A stretch of 64,000 bases of DNA from a virus (lineage: Duplodnaviria; Caudoviricetes): positions 2,045-66,044 of IMG/VR virus record IMGVR_UViG_3300032307_000180; one strand, given 5' to 3'. Position numbers and translations under genes: made by a program. Of the stretch, positions 28,947 to 39,950 are shown one piece after another. The stretch's first letter is position 1. Every line of letters begins with the position of its first letter. The notes beneath the pieces are model-generated. The model had not been told where the DNA came from, did not search any database, and saw only the letters and a list, made by a program, of their open reading frames with translations.

Positions 28947-29365
28947 TTGAAGTCTCTTTAGTACCTCCAGAGTACGTCGATACTTGTTGGGGCAAGATAG
29001 AGAATTTTATTGGTAAAGCAGCTAAGTACACATACGGCAGGTATACGGTTGGTAACATTTATGATATGGTCATGGATGGCGATTATCAGCTTTGGGTTGC
29101 TTATGATGGGAAAGACTTTAAAGGCGCGGTAGTTACGAATATAATGAATTACCCACAAAAAAGAATTTTGTGCATGCAGTTTTGTGGGGGTGAAGAACTA
29201 AAGCTTTGGAAGCAACCAATGCTTGATTTGCTAAAAAGATTTGCCCGTGACTCAGGGTGCGAAGGAATTGAGTCGACAGGTCGCCCAGGATGGGCTAAAG
29301 TATTTCAAAATGACGGCTATAAAGCCACTTGGGTGACTTACGAGTTGCCTATTGAACAGGAGTAA
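28943..29365 (+). CDS. GNAT-like protein (internal virion protein A-like position)
   Basis: FARDSGCEGIESTGRPGW..GY; located among the ejection genes. Confidence 0.55.
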   Translation: MIEVSLVPPEYVDTCWGKIENFIGKAAKYTYGRYTVGNIYDMVMDGDYQLWVAYDGKDFKGAVVTNIMNYPQKRILCMQFCGGEELKLWKQPMLDLLKRFARDSGCEGIESTGRPGWAKVFQNDGYKATWVTYELPIEQE

Positions 29366-29368
29366 GAG

Positions 29369-31327
29369 ATGGGTAAAGGCGGCGGTGGTTCACCAGCACC
29401 ACAAACAACAACGGCATATCAAACCAATCTACCTGAATACGCAAAGCCGTATGTTGAGAATATGCTCAACGCTGCTCAAAAGCAGATATACAACGATGAC
29501 ATGACGTCATTTAGGGCATATAGACCTTATAGCACTGACCCAACTCAATACTTTGCTGGCCCTTCTGGGCTACAACAGTCTACTTACAGAGAAGCTGCTG
29601 GCATGCAGACCCCTGGGCAATATGGTATGGCTACTGGCTTGGGTGGTTTAGCTGCTATGGGCCAGATGGGCGCAGGTCGTCAATTTGCTCAACAGGCTAC
29701 AGACCCGTTCTCAATTCAAGCATACATGTCCCCATTCATGCAAAACGTGGTGGACACACAAAAATTATCCGCACTTCGTGATTACCAAATCGCCCAGCCA
29801 GCACGTCAAGCCCAAGCTGTAAGAGCAGGTGCGTTTGGCGGTTCACGCTCAGCTATTGAGAATGCTGAAGCTCAACGTAACTTAATGAGCCAGTTACAAA
29901 ACATTCAAGCTACTGGTACGCAAAAAGCTTTTGAAGATGCACAAAGACAGCAGCAGTTTGGTGCTAACTTAGGCCTTCAAGGTTTGGCAGGTGCTTCACA
30001 AACAGCGGGTATGTTAGGTCAATTAGGTGGTGCTCAACAGCAAGCTGACATCGCTCGTCTAGGTTTACAGAACCAATTAGGTGGCCAACAGCAGCAGTTC
30101 CAACAAGGTATCATCAATCAGGCTATTCAGGATTACGCTACACAACAGCAGTATCCGTTTATGCAGTTGTCAACAATGAGCAACTTGCTACGTGGTTTAC
30201 CTATGCAGGCTATGACAACACAAGGGTATCAAGCTGCTCCTAGCGCCATTTCACAATTAGGTGGTCTTGGTGCTACAGCTCTAGGTGCTTATGGTGCGGC
30301 TGGCGGTTTCCGTGCGGCTCAAGGCGGTGAAGTGAAATCATACGCAGGTGGTGGCTCTATTAAAGGTTACGCCGGCCCTGAAGGTAGCTTAGTTGCTAGC
30401 GCAGGTGCTACTGGTGTTGCTGGAAGTATTGAGCGTCAGCTTATGAGTAAAGGTGTACCAGAGCTTGTTCAGATTGCCAAGACAAACCCAAGCGAGCAGA
30501 TTCGTGAGATGGCTGGGCGTATTGCTGCTGCTAAACAGTTACAAGAAAGACAAGCTCAGTCTATGGGCTTAGAAGGCGCACCTGCTGGCAATCTTGATGA
30601 TATTGGTATGGCTAGTGGGGGTATTGTTGCGTTTGCTGGTGATACTGAAGACGGTAGCTATGTTGATGAAGCGGAACTACGCAAAAAGTACAACATCCAA
30701 CCTGGTAGTGCTTTAGACACAACAGGTAATTATTTAGGCTACTTACAGGCTAAAGGTTTTGGTGAGCAAACTCCTGAAGCTAAAGCTATTGCTGCAAGCA
30801 TCGCCGACGCCAGAAAAAATTTAGGCGAGGATTATGATAGTAAGAATCTTTGGCAAGCAGTTATGGCAGGTGGTATTGGTGCCATGAAAGGCAAATCTCA
30901 GTACGCTCTATCTAATATTGGTGAAGGTCTTGAATCTGGTTTAGGCCAGTACATGAAAGGCGAAGCTCGTAAAGAAGATATGCTCAATAAGTTGCGCAGT
31001 GGTGAAATTGACCTTGCTAAACTTACAGGTGCAGAGCGTGCCAACTTATTACGATACGCAACATCTGCGGTTAGCGCTGACGAAGCTACTAAAGGTCGTC
31101 TTGAAGCTGCTAAACATAATGCGGCAATACGTGGAATTGAACTTGGTAGACGTGAAGATGCTAAGGCTGATGCTGCTAGAAACCGAGAAGAAACTCAAAT
31201 TCGTGAATGGACTAAGATATTCTTGGGTACAGGCAACACAAACCCAAGTGTAGACCAAATTGCTGCGGCACGGAAACAAGCTGAAGACTACGTTAAAAAT
31301 ACAAAAGTAATTAAAATCCCAGATTAA
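29369..31327 (+). CDS. Putative DNA ejection/pilot protein
   Basis: MGKGGG start, YMSPF, GAFGGSR, Q/G/A-rich. Confidence 0.7.
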   Translation: MGKGGGGSPAPQTTTAYQTNLPEYAKPYVENMLNAAQKQIYNDDMTSFRAYRPYSTDPTQYFAGPSGLQQSTYREAAGMQTPGQYGMATGLGGLAAMGQMGAGRQFAQQATDPFSIQAYMSPFMQNVVDTQKLSALRDYQIAQPARQAQAVRAGAFGGSRSAIENAEAQRNLMSQLQNIQATGTQKAFEDAQRQQQFGANLGLQGLAGASQTAGMLGQLGGAQQQADIARLGLQNQLGGQQQQFQQGIINQAIQDYATQQQYPFMQLSTMSNLLRGLPMQAMTTQGYQAAPSAISQLGGLGATALGAYGAAGGFRAAQGGEVKSYAGGGSIKGYAGPEGSLVASAGATGVAGSIERQLMSKGVPELVQIAKTNPSEQIREMAGRIAAAKQLQERQAQSMGLEGAPAGNLDDIGMASGGIVAFAGDTEDGSYVDEAELRKKYNIQPGSALDTTGNYLGYLQAKGFGEQTPEAKAIAASIADARKNLGEDYDSKNLWQAVMAGGIGAMKGKSQYALSNIGEGLESGLGQYMKGEARKEDMLNKLRSGEIDLAKLTGAERANLLRYATSAVSADEATKGRLEAAKHNAAIRGIELGRREDAKADAARNREETQIREWTKIFLGTGNTNPSVDQIAAARKQAEDYVKNTKVIKIPD

Positions 31328-31335
31328 GGTTAGCG

Positions 31336-34300
31336 ATGCCTATCTACGAATACAAAGGTCAGCGATATGAAGTCGCTACAGATGACGTCAACGCAGCCAA
31401 AGAAAAGATTTTAGGTTACTTAGGCGCATCTGCCCCACCTGCTGTACCACCTGTGGAAGAGGTACCTGTTGAACGTCAACAGACAGAGACTAAAACTACT
31501 AACCCATTAATGGGTTTGTTAGCACGGGGTTCTACCGTTCTTGGGCAAGGTCTTGAAGGTTTTACTAGAGGCGCAGAAGCTCTTGGTAAAAAAATGGAAG
31601 GTAGCCTTACGGAAGAAGAGCGTGCGGGTATGCAGGCTTTAAGAGAAAAGTCTTCCGTACCGACTATTAATTTTGACCCTGATACCTATAAAAACCTACA
31701 AAGCACTGCAACTAATTTAAAAAATTGGGGTGCTGATATTGGGTATTCACCATCTACAAAACTGGGTGAACTACCTGGAAACCCACTTAAACTGATACCG
31801 TTTATTGCTGAGCGTGTAATTACATCTACACCAGATATGGCAGCTGCTGTAACTCTTGCCCCAGCATATGTAACGGCTCGCACAAACGAAATTCTTAATG
31901 AGCGAATTAAGAACGATGAAAAGAAATTAAAAGACGCAACTATAAGTGATGTTGCTACAGCAGCAGGGGCGGCGCTTTTAGAAACGTATTTAGAAAAAAC
32001 TGCTACTGGTCGTCTATTTAAACCAACTGCCGCAAAAACAGGTGCTGGACGTATTGGTAAAGAGACTGCGATTCAGTCGGGTACAGAAGCTGTTGAAGAA
32101 GGTATTGGGTATTTAGGCGGAACAGCTGGCACTAAAAGAGGTGTTGATTACGGCGACTTAGCCGAGCAAATGATTGAAGGTGCTATTGTAGGTGGCGGTT
32201 TAGGTGCAGGTGCTCAAGGAACTAGAGAAGCTTTTCGTCCAAAAACACCACCCACTACCCCTACAACAGAAGAGCCAAAGTTTGAGATTGACCCACGGAC
32301 AGGTGTGCTACGCCCTGTACAGACTGAAACTACTGAAACTACACAAGCCGCTCCGCTAACTAAGCAGGGTGAATTGTTTACTAAAGAAGAAGCGCCGTAT
32401 CAGGTTACACCTGGTGAGGTAAGTGTTGAAGCACAAGCACGTCAAGAAGCAAGTGACCGTGCAGAAGAACAGATTGTTGTATTAAAACAACAGTTAGCTC
32501 AAACAACAGACCCACAGCAAGCAGCTGCGATTCGTGACGACATCTCTAAACTTGAGCCACTTGTCCAAGAAACTGGACAACAAAAAGCTATCCGTTTAGG
32601 CGACGAATTTGTTACGCTATACCGCAAGGGCACTGCACTTGGCCAACAAAAGGCTGAGTTAGAACAGGCTCGTGACGCTGAAAAAACTTTAGACGGCAAA
32701 GCTGCTATCACTGAGCAGATTAAAGCTATTGATTCACAGATTGAGCAGGTTGTTGCCCGCCAAGAAGAACTTAGTGCTGAAGGCAAGCAACTTGAAAAAG
32801 AAGGCGTTTCATTTGACAAGACCAAGGATGACCTCGACCTAAAGGGTCCGTCACCTATTGTTAATAAGAAAGTGCTAGCCAAGTTTGGTTTGGCACCTAA
32901 AGCACCGATTCGCCAAGAGCTGTTAAATCTTGATATGACTGACCCTGAAGACAGGCAAAAGTTCATTGATGCCGTAGATAAGCATACAATCAAGAAAGCT
33001 AAAATTGACATGACTGCGGTTGAGAATTACCTCAACGCATTTGAGCAAAGACAGGAGGCCCCAGTTGAGCAAACAGGAACAGTACCTATCGCTGGAACCA
33101 GAACAGGTGAGCCAAGCGTTTCTATGCCTAGTGGACAACTTGGAACCGCCGAAGGAACTACAGCACCTACAACTACAGGACTGGCTGGCGCTGAGCCAAC
33201 TGCTAGAGGACCTGTTGCAGGAACAGGAGTTGTTGACCAAACTGGGCAGGGTGCACTAACCGAAACACCTAAAATCCAAGGCGAGCTAAAAGGTAAAGCT
33301 ACAATTAATTTAGCAGACCGTATTACGCAAGGTGACCTTAAAGGTGCGCTTGAAGAAATTGCTACAAGTGACCAGTACACCCCATTAGATAAGTTAGTAG
33401 CTAAACGCTTATTACAAGCCAAGACCCTACCTAAAGTAGAAATAGTAACGCCAGACGTTACTGGTGGAGACCCAGCTCAGTACAACCCAAACACCGATAC
33501 GGTGCAGATTACTGCTGGAAATATTGATTCTCATACAGTGCTACATGAAACAACACATGGTTTCTTGCACGCTATGATTAGGCAGTCTGAGGCACGTGAA
33601 GCTAGAGGCTTGGGTGGTAACACTCGTTTAAATAGCCTTAAAGATGTGTACAACCATGTTAAGAAAACACGTCCTGATTTAATTGACAAGTACGGCATGA
33701 AAGACCTATCTGAGTTTGCCTCAGAAGCCATGTCTAACCCTGACTTCCAAAACGATTTACGCAACACACCATACCGTCGTTCAAACGTATTTACTGAGTT
33801 TGCTAGGGCTGTTTTACGTGCTATGGGTATTAACCCTGACCAGTCTGGTATTGCTGACATTGATGCTTTAGCAGGTGCATTGATGGCTGTCGAGGGTGCC
33901 CTTTCCACAGGCCGTAAGACGCAAGAAGATGTGCAGGCTGGTGTACGCCAACAAGCTGATTTAGATGTTGCCAAGGTACAACGCACCCCTGAAGCTGAGA
34001 AAGCTGAAAAAGATTCAGCGGCATTTAGGGCAAGTGCTGGTCCAGTACCTAAAGCTGGTTTCTTTAAGCGTACGCTTAATAAATTACAGGCCGTAAGAAA
34101 TGGCAACTTAAACGTTGGTAGTGCAGTATTTGGCAACTTACAAAACTTTGCAGCTAATAACCAGGCGTTTTTAAACTTGATGCGTAAAGAAACTTTAGAG
34201 CTAGAAAAGAAAGGCTCTATTACCCACGCACAAGCTGAAGCCACCATGCTTGGTTTGATTGGTGCACAGATTACACAACGTGCGCAGTTAGCCGTGCAGA

Positions 34301-36828
34301 TGATGGATAGAGGTAATTGGAAGTACGACCCCATCACAAACACGTATGACCCAATAAACGATAAAGATAACATGGCGGTATTTGGTGACTTGGCTAATGC
34401 ACTAGCTAAACGCTTAGGTATTAGCCCTGAAGTTGCTCTAGGTTATATAGATGACGCCCTTGAAGCTAACCGCTTACAAAGCGTAGATGACAAGCTGATA
34501 AAAGCTAAGTCAGAATTAACCCGTGCAGAAAGCCGTGTTGCTTTTCTTGAGAACAATGTAAAACGTCAAAGAACCCCTGCGGGTACTCGCACAGCGGCTG
34601 AGCAAAGAGCTTTTGATAGAGCTGAAAACGCTCGTATTGAAACCGCGCGTAAGGAACTTAACCTTAAAAAAGAATTGGTCAAAGAACTCAAAGAGCGTAT
34701 CAAGTTGTACACCGACCAAATGATGCACAAAGACCGTACCAATATCAAGGCAGGTATGGACCTTTATAACGCCCACCCCGAAATCCAAGAAGCAACTAGG
34801 GTGTGGAACGTAATGCGTCAGCGTGTAGTTGATTTAATGGTAGAAACAGGGCTTCTTACAGAAGAAAAAGCCCAAACATGGCTTGATGAAGCTGCCTACG
34901 TACCGTTCTTCCGTGATGTTGAGAGCGCAACTGAAGAAGCTCAGCAAGTAATTACTAAAGGCTTACGTGAAACCATGGCGCCGTTACGTGCCAAATACAA
35001 AGGTTCAATGGAAGACGTAGCCAGTGTAAGTTCTAATATGCGTCAGTGGATGCAGTGGGCTATTGCTGGGTCTATAAGTAACCGCCAAATTAAGCGTATG
35101 CTTGACCAGTACAAGGCGTATTTACCAGACGAAGTTCGTGAAGGCAGAGACCCAAATAAGGGTAACTTCACTGTAATGGAAAACGGTGTTGAACGTACAT
35201 ACAACGTGGATAGCCCTGAAATTGCGCAAGCATTTGTACAGCAGGGTGCGTACATCTACCCATTGATGAGCATCGCCAAGGGCGCTAGCGACATTGCTAG
35301 AAAAAACATCACCCGTATTCCGTTGTTCTCTGTGGGTCAGATTCCTGCCGACTTGTATGCGGCTATGTTTACATCAGGTATTAGAAACCCAGGTGCTCTT
35401 GTTGTACGCTTACTTAGCGAAGCAGTCAAAACAACTGTTGGTATGAGCCAAACACGTAAAGACTTAGTTAGACGTGGTCTTTTGAGCACGCACGAGTACA
35501 ATGCTCAGCTTGATGAAGACTCAATTAAGTATGCTCAAGACGTTGTCCCACCTAGTGCGTACCGCAGAGTAATGCACTTATTAGATAGATTCGGTGCAAC
35601 ATCTGAAAACATAATCCGTCAAGCCGTTTATAACCAGCTACGCAGTGAAGGTGCAACACCACAAAAAGCTGAAACTGCTGTGGTTGAGATTATGAACTTC
35701 CGCAACAAGAGCGGTATCAAAGGTGTTAACTCACTAAGCAGTTCAGTTATCTTCTTTAACTCATACCTACAATCTGCGGCTCTCATACTTAAGACCTTAT
35801 CAGGTAAAGGTATCACTTACCAAACACGTGCGCAGGGATTGGCAACTTTAGGTATTGTGTCCGCTAAGATTGCCACATTTAGTTTCTTGCTAGCCGCTCT
35901 TAGTGATATGGCTGATGAGGAAGATGAGTACGCAAAACGTAGCCGTGCAGCTAAGAACCGCATCTTTAACATCCCTGGCACAGACGGTATGGGTCTTGCA
36001 GTTCGTGAAGACGTGTATGTGTTACCACACATTTTGGCGCAGTACGCCTACAGAAATATGTTCCGCGAGTTAGAAGACCGTGGCGTAGATACAAAATCTT
36101 TGAAGGGGTCTCTAAAGAACGTTGCATTGAACTCACTTGTACCTCCTAGCGAGGGTGTGCCTCAGCTATTTAAACCGACTATTGAAGGTGCGTTGGGTGT
36201 CAACATCCATACTGGGCAAGACATTGTGCCTGAGCACATGAAAGCTTTAGAGCCTAGACTACAGTTCAACGCTACTACTGCTGAATACGCAAAGGCTATA
36301 GGCGCCGCAACAAATACATCTCCGTTGATGATTGAGCACTTTGTTAAAGGTTACTTTGGTACGACAGCGCAACTGTTCGATATGTTGTTTGGTGGGTTGA
36401 TTTCAGAAGCCCGTGACATACCTAGACCCGCCCGCTCAACAAAAGAAGTATTGGCAAAGCTACCTAGCGTTGGTGCTTCATTTAGCAGAGATGAAAATAT
36501 GGCTGTCGCAGAAGACTTGTACGAAGCCAAAAAAGAGTTTGACCGTGCGTTAAAGACGTACAAAAAGCTAAACGAAACCGACAACAAAGCGGCTGAAGCG
36601 TACCGTGACAAGTACAAAGACCTTATGCACAATCCTGCTGGCACAGTTAAAGAGTTGGAGAACATAAAGCGTAGGGAAAATTACGTGCGTAACCTACCAA
36701 GCCGAGAAAAGAACCCTGAAAAAGGTATGTCGGCAGAAGAGAAAGCAGCTGAGTTAGCCATTCTTAAAGAACGTAAAGACCGTTTGGCGCCACTCGTGCA
36801 AGGGCTTAGAAGAAAAGCTGACTTCTAA
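31336..36828 (+). CDS. Large polyvalent ejection protein (zincin-like HExxH; LPD38-like C-terminus)
   Basis: 1830 aa; LHETTHG...EFASEA; C-terminal FFNSYLQ and SPLMIEHFVKGYFG. Confidence 0.7.
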   Translation: MPIYEYKGQRYEVATDDVNAAKEKILGYLGASAPPAVPPVEEVPVERQQTETKTTNPLMGLLARGSTVLGQGLEGFTRGAEALGKKMEGSLTEEERAGMQALREKSSVPTINFDPDTYKNLQSTATNLKNWGADIGYSPSTKLGELPGNPLKLIPFIAERVITSTPDMAAAVTLAPAYVTARTNEILNERIKNDEKKLKDATISDVATAAGAALLETYLEKTATGRLFKPTAAKTGAGRIGKETAIQSGTEAVEEGIGYLGGTAGTKRGVDYGDLAEQMIEGAIVGGGLGAGAQGTREAFRPKTPPTTPTTEEPKFEIDPRTGVLRPVQTETTETTQAAPLTKQGELFTKEEAPYQVTPGEVSVEAQARQEASDRAEEQIVVLKQQLAQTTDPQQAAAIRDDISKLEPLVQETGQQKAIRLGDEFVTLYRKGTALGQQKAELEQARDAEKTLDGKAAITEQIKAIDSQIEQVVARQEELSAEGKQLEKEGVSFDKTKDDLDLKGPSPIVNKKVLAKFGLAPKAPIRQELLNLDMTDPEDRQKFIDAVDKHTIKKAKIDMTAVENYLNAFEQRQEAPVEQTGTVPIAGTRTGEPSVSMPSGQLGTAEGTTAPTTTGLAGAEPTARGPVAGTGVVDQTGQGALTETPKIQGELKGKATINLADRITQGDLKGALEEIATSDQYTPLDKLVAKRLLQAKTLPKVEIVTPDVTGGDPAQYNPNTDTVQITAGNIDSHTVLHETTHGFLHAMIRQSEAREARGLGGNTRLNSLKDVYNHVKKTRPDLIDKYGMKDLSEFASEAMSNPDFQNDLRNTPYRRSNVFTEFARAVLRAMGINPDQSGIADIDALAGALMAVEGALSTGRKTQEDVQAGVRQQADLDVAKVQRTPEAEKAEKDSAAFRASAGPVPKAGFFKRTLNKLQAVRNGNLNVGSAVFGNLQNFAANNQAFLNLMRKETLELEKKGSITHAQAEATMLGLIGAQITQRAQLAVQMMDRGNWKYDPITNTYDPINDKDNMAVFGDLANALAKRLGISPEVALGYIDDALEANRLQSVDDKLIKAKSELTRAESRVAFLENNVKRQRTPAGTRTAAEQRAFDRAENARIETARKELNLKKELVKELKERIKLYTDQMMHKDRTNIKAGMDLYNAHPEIQEATRVWNVMRQRVVDLMVETGLLTEEKAQTWLDEAAYVPFFRDVESATEEAQQVITKGLRETMAPLRAKYKGSMEDVASVSSNMRQWMQWAIAGSISNRQIKRMLDQYKAYLPDEVREGRDPNKGNFTVMENGVERTYNVDSPEIAQAFVQQGAYIYPLMSIAKGASDIARKNITRIPLFSVGQIPADLYAAMFTSGIRNPGALVVRLLSEAVKTTVGMSQTRKDLVRRGLLSTHEYNAQLDEDSIKYAQDVVPPSAYRRVMHLLDRFGATSENIIRQAVYNQLRSEGATPQKAETAVVEIMNFRNKSGIKGVNSLSSSVIFFNSYLQSAALILKTLSGKGITYQTRAQGLATLGIVSAKIATFSFLLAALSDMADEEDEYAKRSRAAKNRIFNIPGTDGMGLAVREDVYVLPHILAQYAYRNMFRELEDRGVDTKSLKGSLKNVALNSLVPPSEGVPQLFKPTIEGALGVNIHTGQDIVPEHMKALEPRLQFNATTAEYAKAIGAATNTSPLMIEHFVKGYFGTTAQLFDMLFGGLISEARDIPRPARSTKEVLAKLPSVGASFSRDENMAVAEDLYEAKKEFDRALKTYKKLNETDNKAAEAYRDKYKDLMHNPAGTVKELENIKRRENYVRNLPSREKNPEKGMSAEEKAAELAILKERKDRLAPLVQGLRRKADF

Positions 36829-36830
36829 AC

Positions 36831-36855
36831 AAAAAAACCCCGCACTAGGCGGGGT
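36831..36855 (-). terminator. Terminator between the convergent arms
   Basis: ACCCCGC/GCGGGGT stem with a T7 tract on the minus strand. Confidence 0.8.
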
Positions 36856-36919
36856 ATCAACTCACGTGTTACAAAGGAGGTTGTAAACAAGGGGTTTACA
36901 GGCGAAGGATAACCTAAAA

Positions 36920-37150
36920 TTATTCTTTGCGCCAGAATCGGATACCGATTTTTCCATTTTCTACAACTTCCTTGTACACTAGCTTTATCCCACGTTGCTT
37001 ACCTGCACTAACTACTTGCGTAATTAATGGCTCAGTGTCCAACGCAGGGATGAAAAAAGAAGTTCCCAGCCTCATCTTGTGCCATTCGATTACTACTGGG
37101 ATACCTTCGTTACTTATCATCAGCTGGTGTTTCTTTAAACGCCTCCGCAT
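36920..37150 (-). CDS. Hypothetical protein
   Basis: GTSFFIP...GIRFWR; overlaps the primase end. Confidence 0.65.
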   Translation of the reverse strand: MRRRLKKHQLMISNEGIPVVIEWHKMRLGTSFFIPALDTEPLITQVVSAGKQRGIKLVYKEVVENGKIGIRFWRKE

Positions 37151-39950
37151 CCATTAGGTTTAGGAGGTTGTCGTCAATCTTAATTGCAGGGATAGCAGGT
37201 GAACTCAAGGCAGTACCCTTAGCCATGGCCTTCTTAGTGACTTCTGCATTTGCCTTTTCCTTCAGAGCCCGTACAGTGCCCTTAAACGAAATCTGCCTTT
37301 CCACACACCATGATTGCAAGTGGTCGTGGTCGATATACAGATGCCTTGTGTCAGGCTCGAAACGAACCCGCAAGTCGCCAAACGGTTCACGTAACGGTGC
37401 CTTGGTCAAGCCAGTACGCTTATCGTTAGTAGAATCAACAACTAACAAGTTACGGTTATGGGTGTTCAAGTATTGACCTAGTGTAGCCAACGCATCACGG
37501 CTAGCAGGTTTCACGCTTTCCTTCAAGTCGCTGAAGTGGTTAACTGCCCATTTCCAAACACGGTCTACATCAATGTCATGCAAGCCTAACTTCTTGGCGA
37601 TAACTGCACCTGTGAAAGCCATAGCCGCACCACCTGAATAGAAGCGTTGCTTCTGAGATAAGTTAGCGTCTTTGTCAAAACGTTTTTGAGTTTCAAACAA
37701 AAGTTCTTTAACTTCAGGTAAATAAGCCACATAGTGTTGCAACAATATGTCTGCGGCATGCCCATAGTTTTCTTCCAATACACGGTCAAACAACTCATCA
37801 GATTCTTCCTTGGTCAAGGATGGGTCTTTCTGAATCTCAACTTCAACAATACGCAGTTGCTCAGCTTCAGGTGTCGCCTTCAAAGCGGCAATAACCTCGT
37901 GCATAGAATCGTTACCTGACATGAAGCAAGGCAAAGACCATGTGGTGTTATTGACACGCATCTCGTTAGAGGTGTTCTTCATACGGTTATTTGAGCGCCC
38001 TTGAGAAATCGCATACGCAATCTCAGAAGTTTCTTCGGGCTTCATAGCCGTGACCTCGTCAATACAGATAGGCAAGTTTTTAAACACCCCCATTTGATGG
38101 TACTTGGACTTCATGGTGTCACGCTTAATCAGCATGGTGTCCGTTGGGTGTCCGTAAATACTGTTAATTACACGCTGAATAGACGTCTTACCAGTACCTG
38201 ATTCGTTTTCCGTAATAGAGAAAATCAAGCCCTTAAGTTTGGTAAACGTAAATATAGGTGCACCTAACCCTGCAAAGAACAAGAACGCACGTGCTTCATT
38301 ACCTGGGGTGTTATACACCTTGATAACTCGTTGCCAGTTGTCCATAGTGCCATGTGGTTTGAGTGATCCGACTGTAGCTAACGTTTGGTTAGAAGGTGGT
38401 GAGTAGTTGATACCATCAATAGAAATCTCACGGTCAGCAATAATGAACTTAGTGTCGTCATCGCACCAACCAAACTGATTACGCATCTTCTCCGCTTCTT
38501 CACGGTCTTGTAGCTCTTGTGCAAACTTTGTTATGTATTCCATTACATCCGCCATCTGTTTTGCGTTGCCGATTACACCTTGCTTGGCAACAATCTTTTT
38601 AAACTCATCAGATGCCATGATGCTAGTTGCAGGTAGGGCGAACTCCCTAACACCATCTTTTGGAAGGTGCAAACGCAACCACACCATAGAACCCAACTCA
38701 GTATCTTCCATACGTTTCACCACATAGAAGTCGTACTTGTAGATGAGCCTGTCCTTTTCTTTGACTTCACCTGTTTCTTCGTCAATGAAGCCTAGCTTGT
38801 ACACGCCACCGTTTTTGCCACGGAAGTATGGGTGTGGAAACTCAGGAATCTTATAAGTAATTTCCTTACCAATAGCCACGCTTGGCATGATGATGACGTT
38901 GTCTTCTTCGGTAGCCTTAGCAATCTTTTTACACAACTGCACTGGTGAAGTAATGACGCCTTTGTTTGGACAACCATCACAACCGCCTGGGTTCAGCGTT
39001 TCAATCGTACTGCACTTATAAGGACCACCTGTTGAGTTAGCCTTCTCCTCAGTTTCTCTCGCTGAGTAATTTGGGTGCTTGTCTGACATCCTGTGGATAG
39101 CTGAGTCACGGTCTTCACAAACCTGAGCAATAGCTAAACCCGCACGCCACAACGGCTCTTCAATCGTAGCTTGGTTCTTATACATGTGCATCAACTGAGC
39201 ACAGCCACCCGACTTCATGATGTCACCAAAGTTAGATACATAGTTACCCAACAACGCACGAGTTGTGTCATCCATTGGGCGACGTGGTGCCTTGGTTAAA
39301 TCAAGCCCAAGATTGTCCAAGCCTTCTGATACTAGCTTCTTAAACTCAGCAGGGTCTACTGCTTCAGCCCTCTTCAACCACGTAACTTCTTTTGGTGGGT
39401 CAGTCTTAAAGTTTAATGTGTCAGGCACACGTAGCACCATCGCAAGGTCAGTAACCTTAGATGGGTCAGTCAATAACTTACGTTGCACCGCTTGACGCTT
39501 TAATAGCTCAGCAGTAGCTTTCCAATCAGTATTTAGCAACGTACTGGTCAAAGCCCAAGATACGTGTATGCCGTTACCTGAACTAACAATGTTCGGTCTC
39601 GGTAATTTTAATTCGTCACAAAATCTTTTTAGTTCGGCTAATGCCTCAGTCTGTGTTAAGTAACCCTTTCCTTCATCTACGTACTTCTGCCCACAATCTA
39701 AATCTAGGAAAAACGCTTTTACCCACCCAGCATTTATTGCTTTTCTATTTTCGTTGGTGATAAATTTTGATACGCCAAAGTAAACATCACGCTCTTCATC
39801 GAGCACACTTTGGATTAACTTTTCAGCACCTTCAATCGTATCTGCAAAATCTTGGCGAGGCGTCGTTCCTTTTTTGAAACTCCCTATACAGTAGTACCCA
39901 GTACCTTCTTCGGGTAGCACCGTGGAGAGAAAAGAACTCCATGAGGTCAT
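37110..39950 (-). CDS. Primase-helicase (RepB-like AEP + DUF927 + P-loop)
   Basis: FLDLD, SSGNGIHV, LRVPDT, C-x7-C..C zinc motif, FGW, ESGTGKTS Walker A, ICIDE Walker B. Confidence 0.85.
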   Translation of the reverse strand: MTSWSSFLSTVLPEEGTGYYCIGSFKKGTTPRQDFADTIEGAEKLIQSVLDEERDVYFGVSKFITNENRKAINAGWVKAFFLDLDCGQKYVDEGKGYLTQTEALAELKRFCDELKLPRPNIVSSGNGIHVSWALTSTLLNTDWKATAELLKRQAVQRKLLTDPSKVTDLAMVLRVPDTLNFKTDPPKEVTWLKRAEAVDPAEFKKLVSEGLDNLGLDLTKAPRRPMDDTTRALLGNYVSNFGDIMKSGGCAQLMHMYKNQATIEEPLWRAGLAIAQVCEDRDSAIHRMSDKHPNYSARETEEKANSTGGPYKCSTIETLNPGGCDGCPNKGVITSPVQLCKKIAKATEEDNVIIMPSVAIGKEITYKIPEFPHPYFRGKNGGVYKLGFIDEETGEVKEKDRLIYKYDFYVVKRMEDTELGSMVWLRLHLPKDGVREFALPATSIMASDEFKKIVAKQGVIGNAKQMADVMEYITKFAQELQDREEAEKMRNQFGWCDDDTKFIIADREISIDGINYSPPSNQTLATVGSLKPHGTMDNWQRVIKVYNTPGNEARAFLFFAGLGAPIFTFTKLKGLIFSITENESGTGKTSIQRVINSIYGHPTDTMLIKRDTMKSKYHQMGVFKNLPICIDEVTAMKPEETSEIAYAISQGRSNNRMKNTSNEMRVNNTTWSLPCFMSGNDSMHEVIAALKATPEAEQLRIVEVEIQKDPSLTKEESDELFDRVLEENYGHAADILLQHYVAYLPEVKELLFETQKRFDKDANLSQKQRFYSGGAAMAFTGAVIAKKLGLHDIDVDRVWKWAVNHFSDLKESVKPASRDALATLGQYLNTHNRNLLVVDSTNDKRTGLTKAPLREPFGDLRVRFEPDTRHLYIDHDHLQSWCVERQISFKGTVRALKEKANAEVTKKAMAKGTALSSPAIPAIKIDDNLLNLMDAEAFKETPADDK

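Noticed and set aside
33531-34373. 280-aa antisense ORF inside the large polyvalent gene
   Set aside because: It mirrors the sense codon frame, has no recognisable motifs or expression signals, and such shadows are common throughout this genome.
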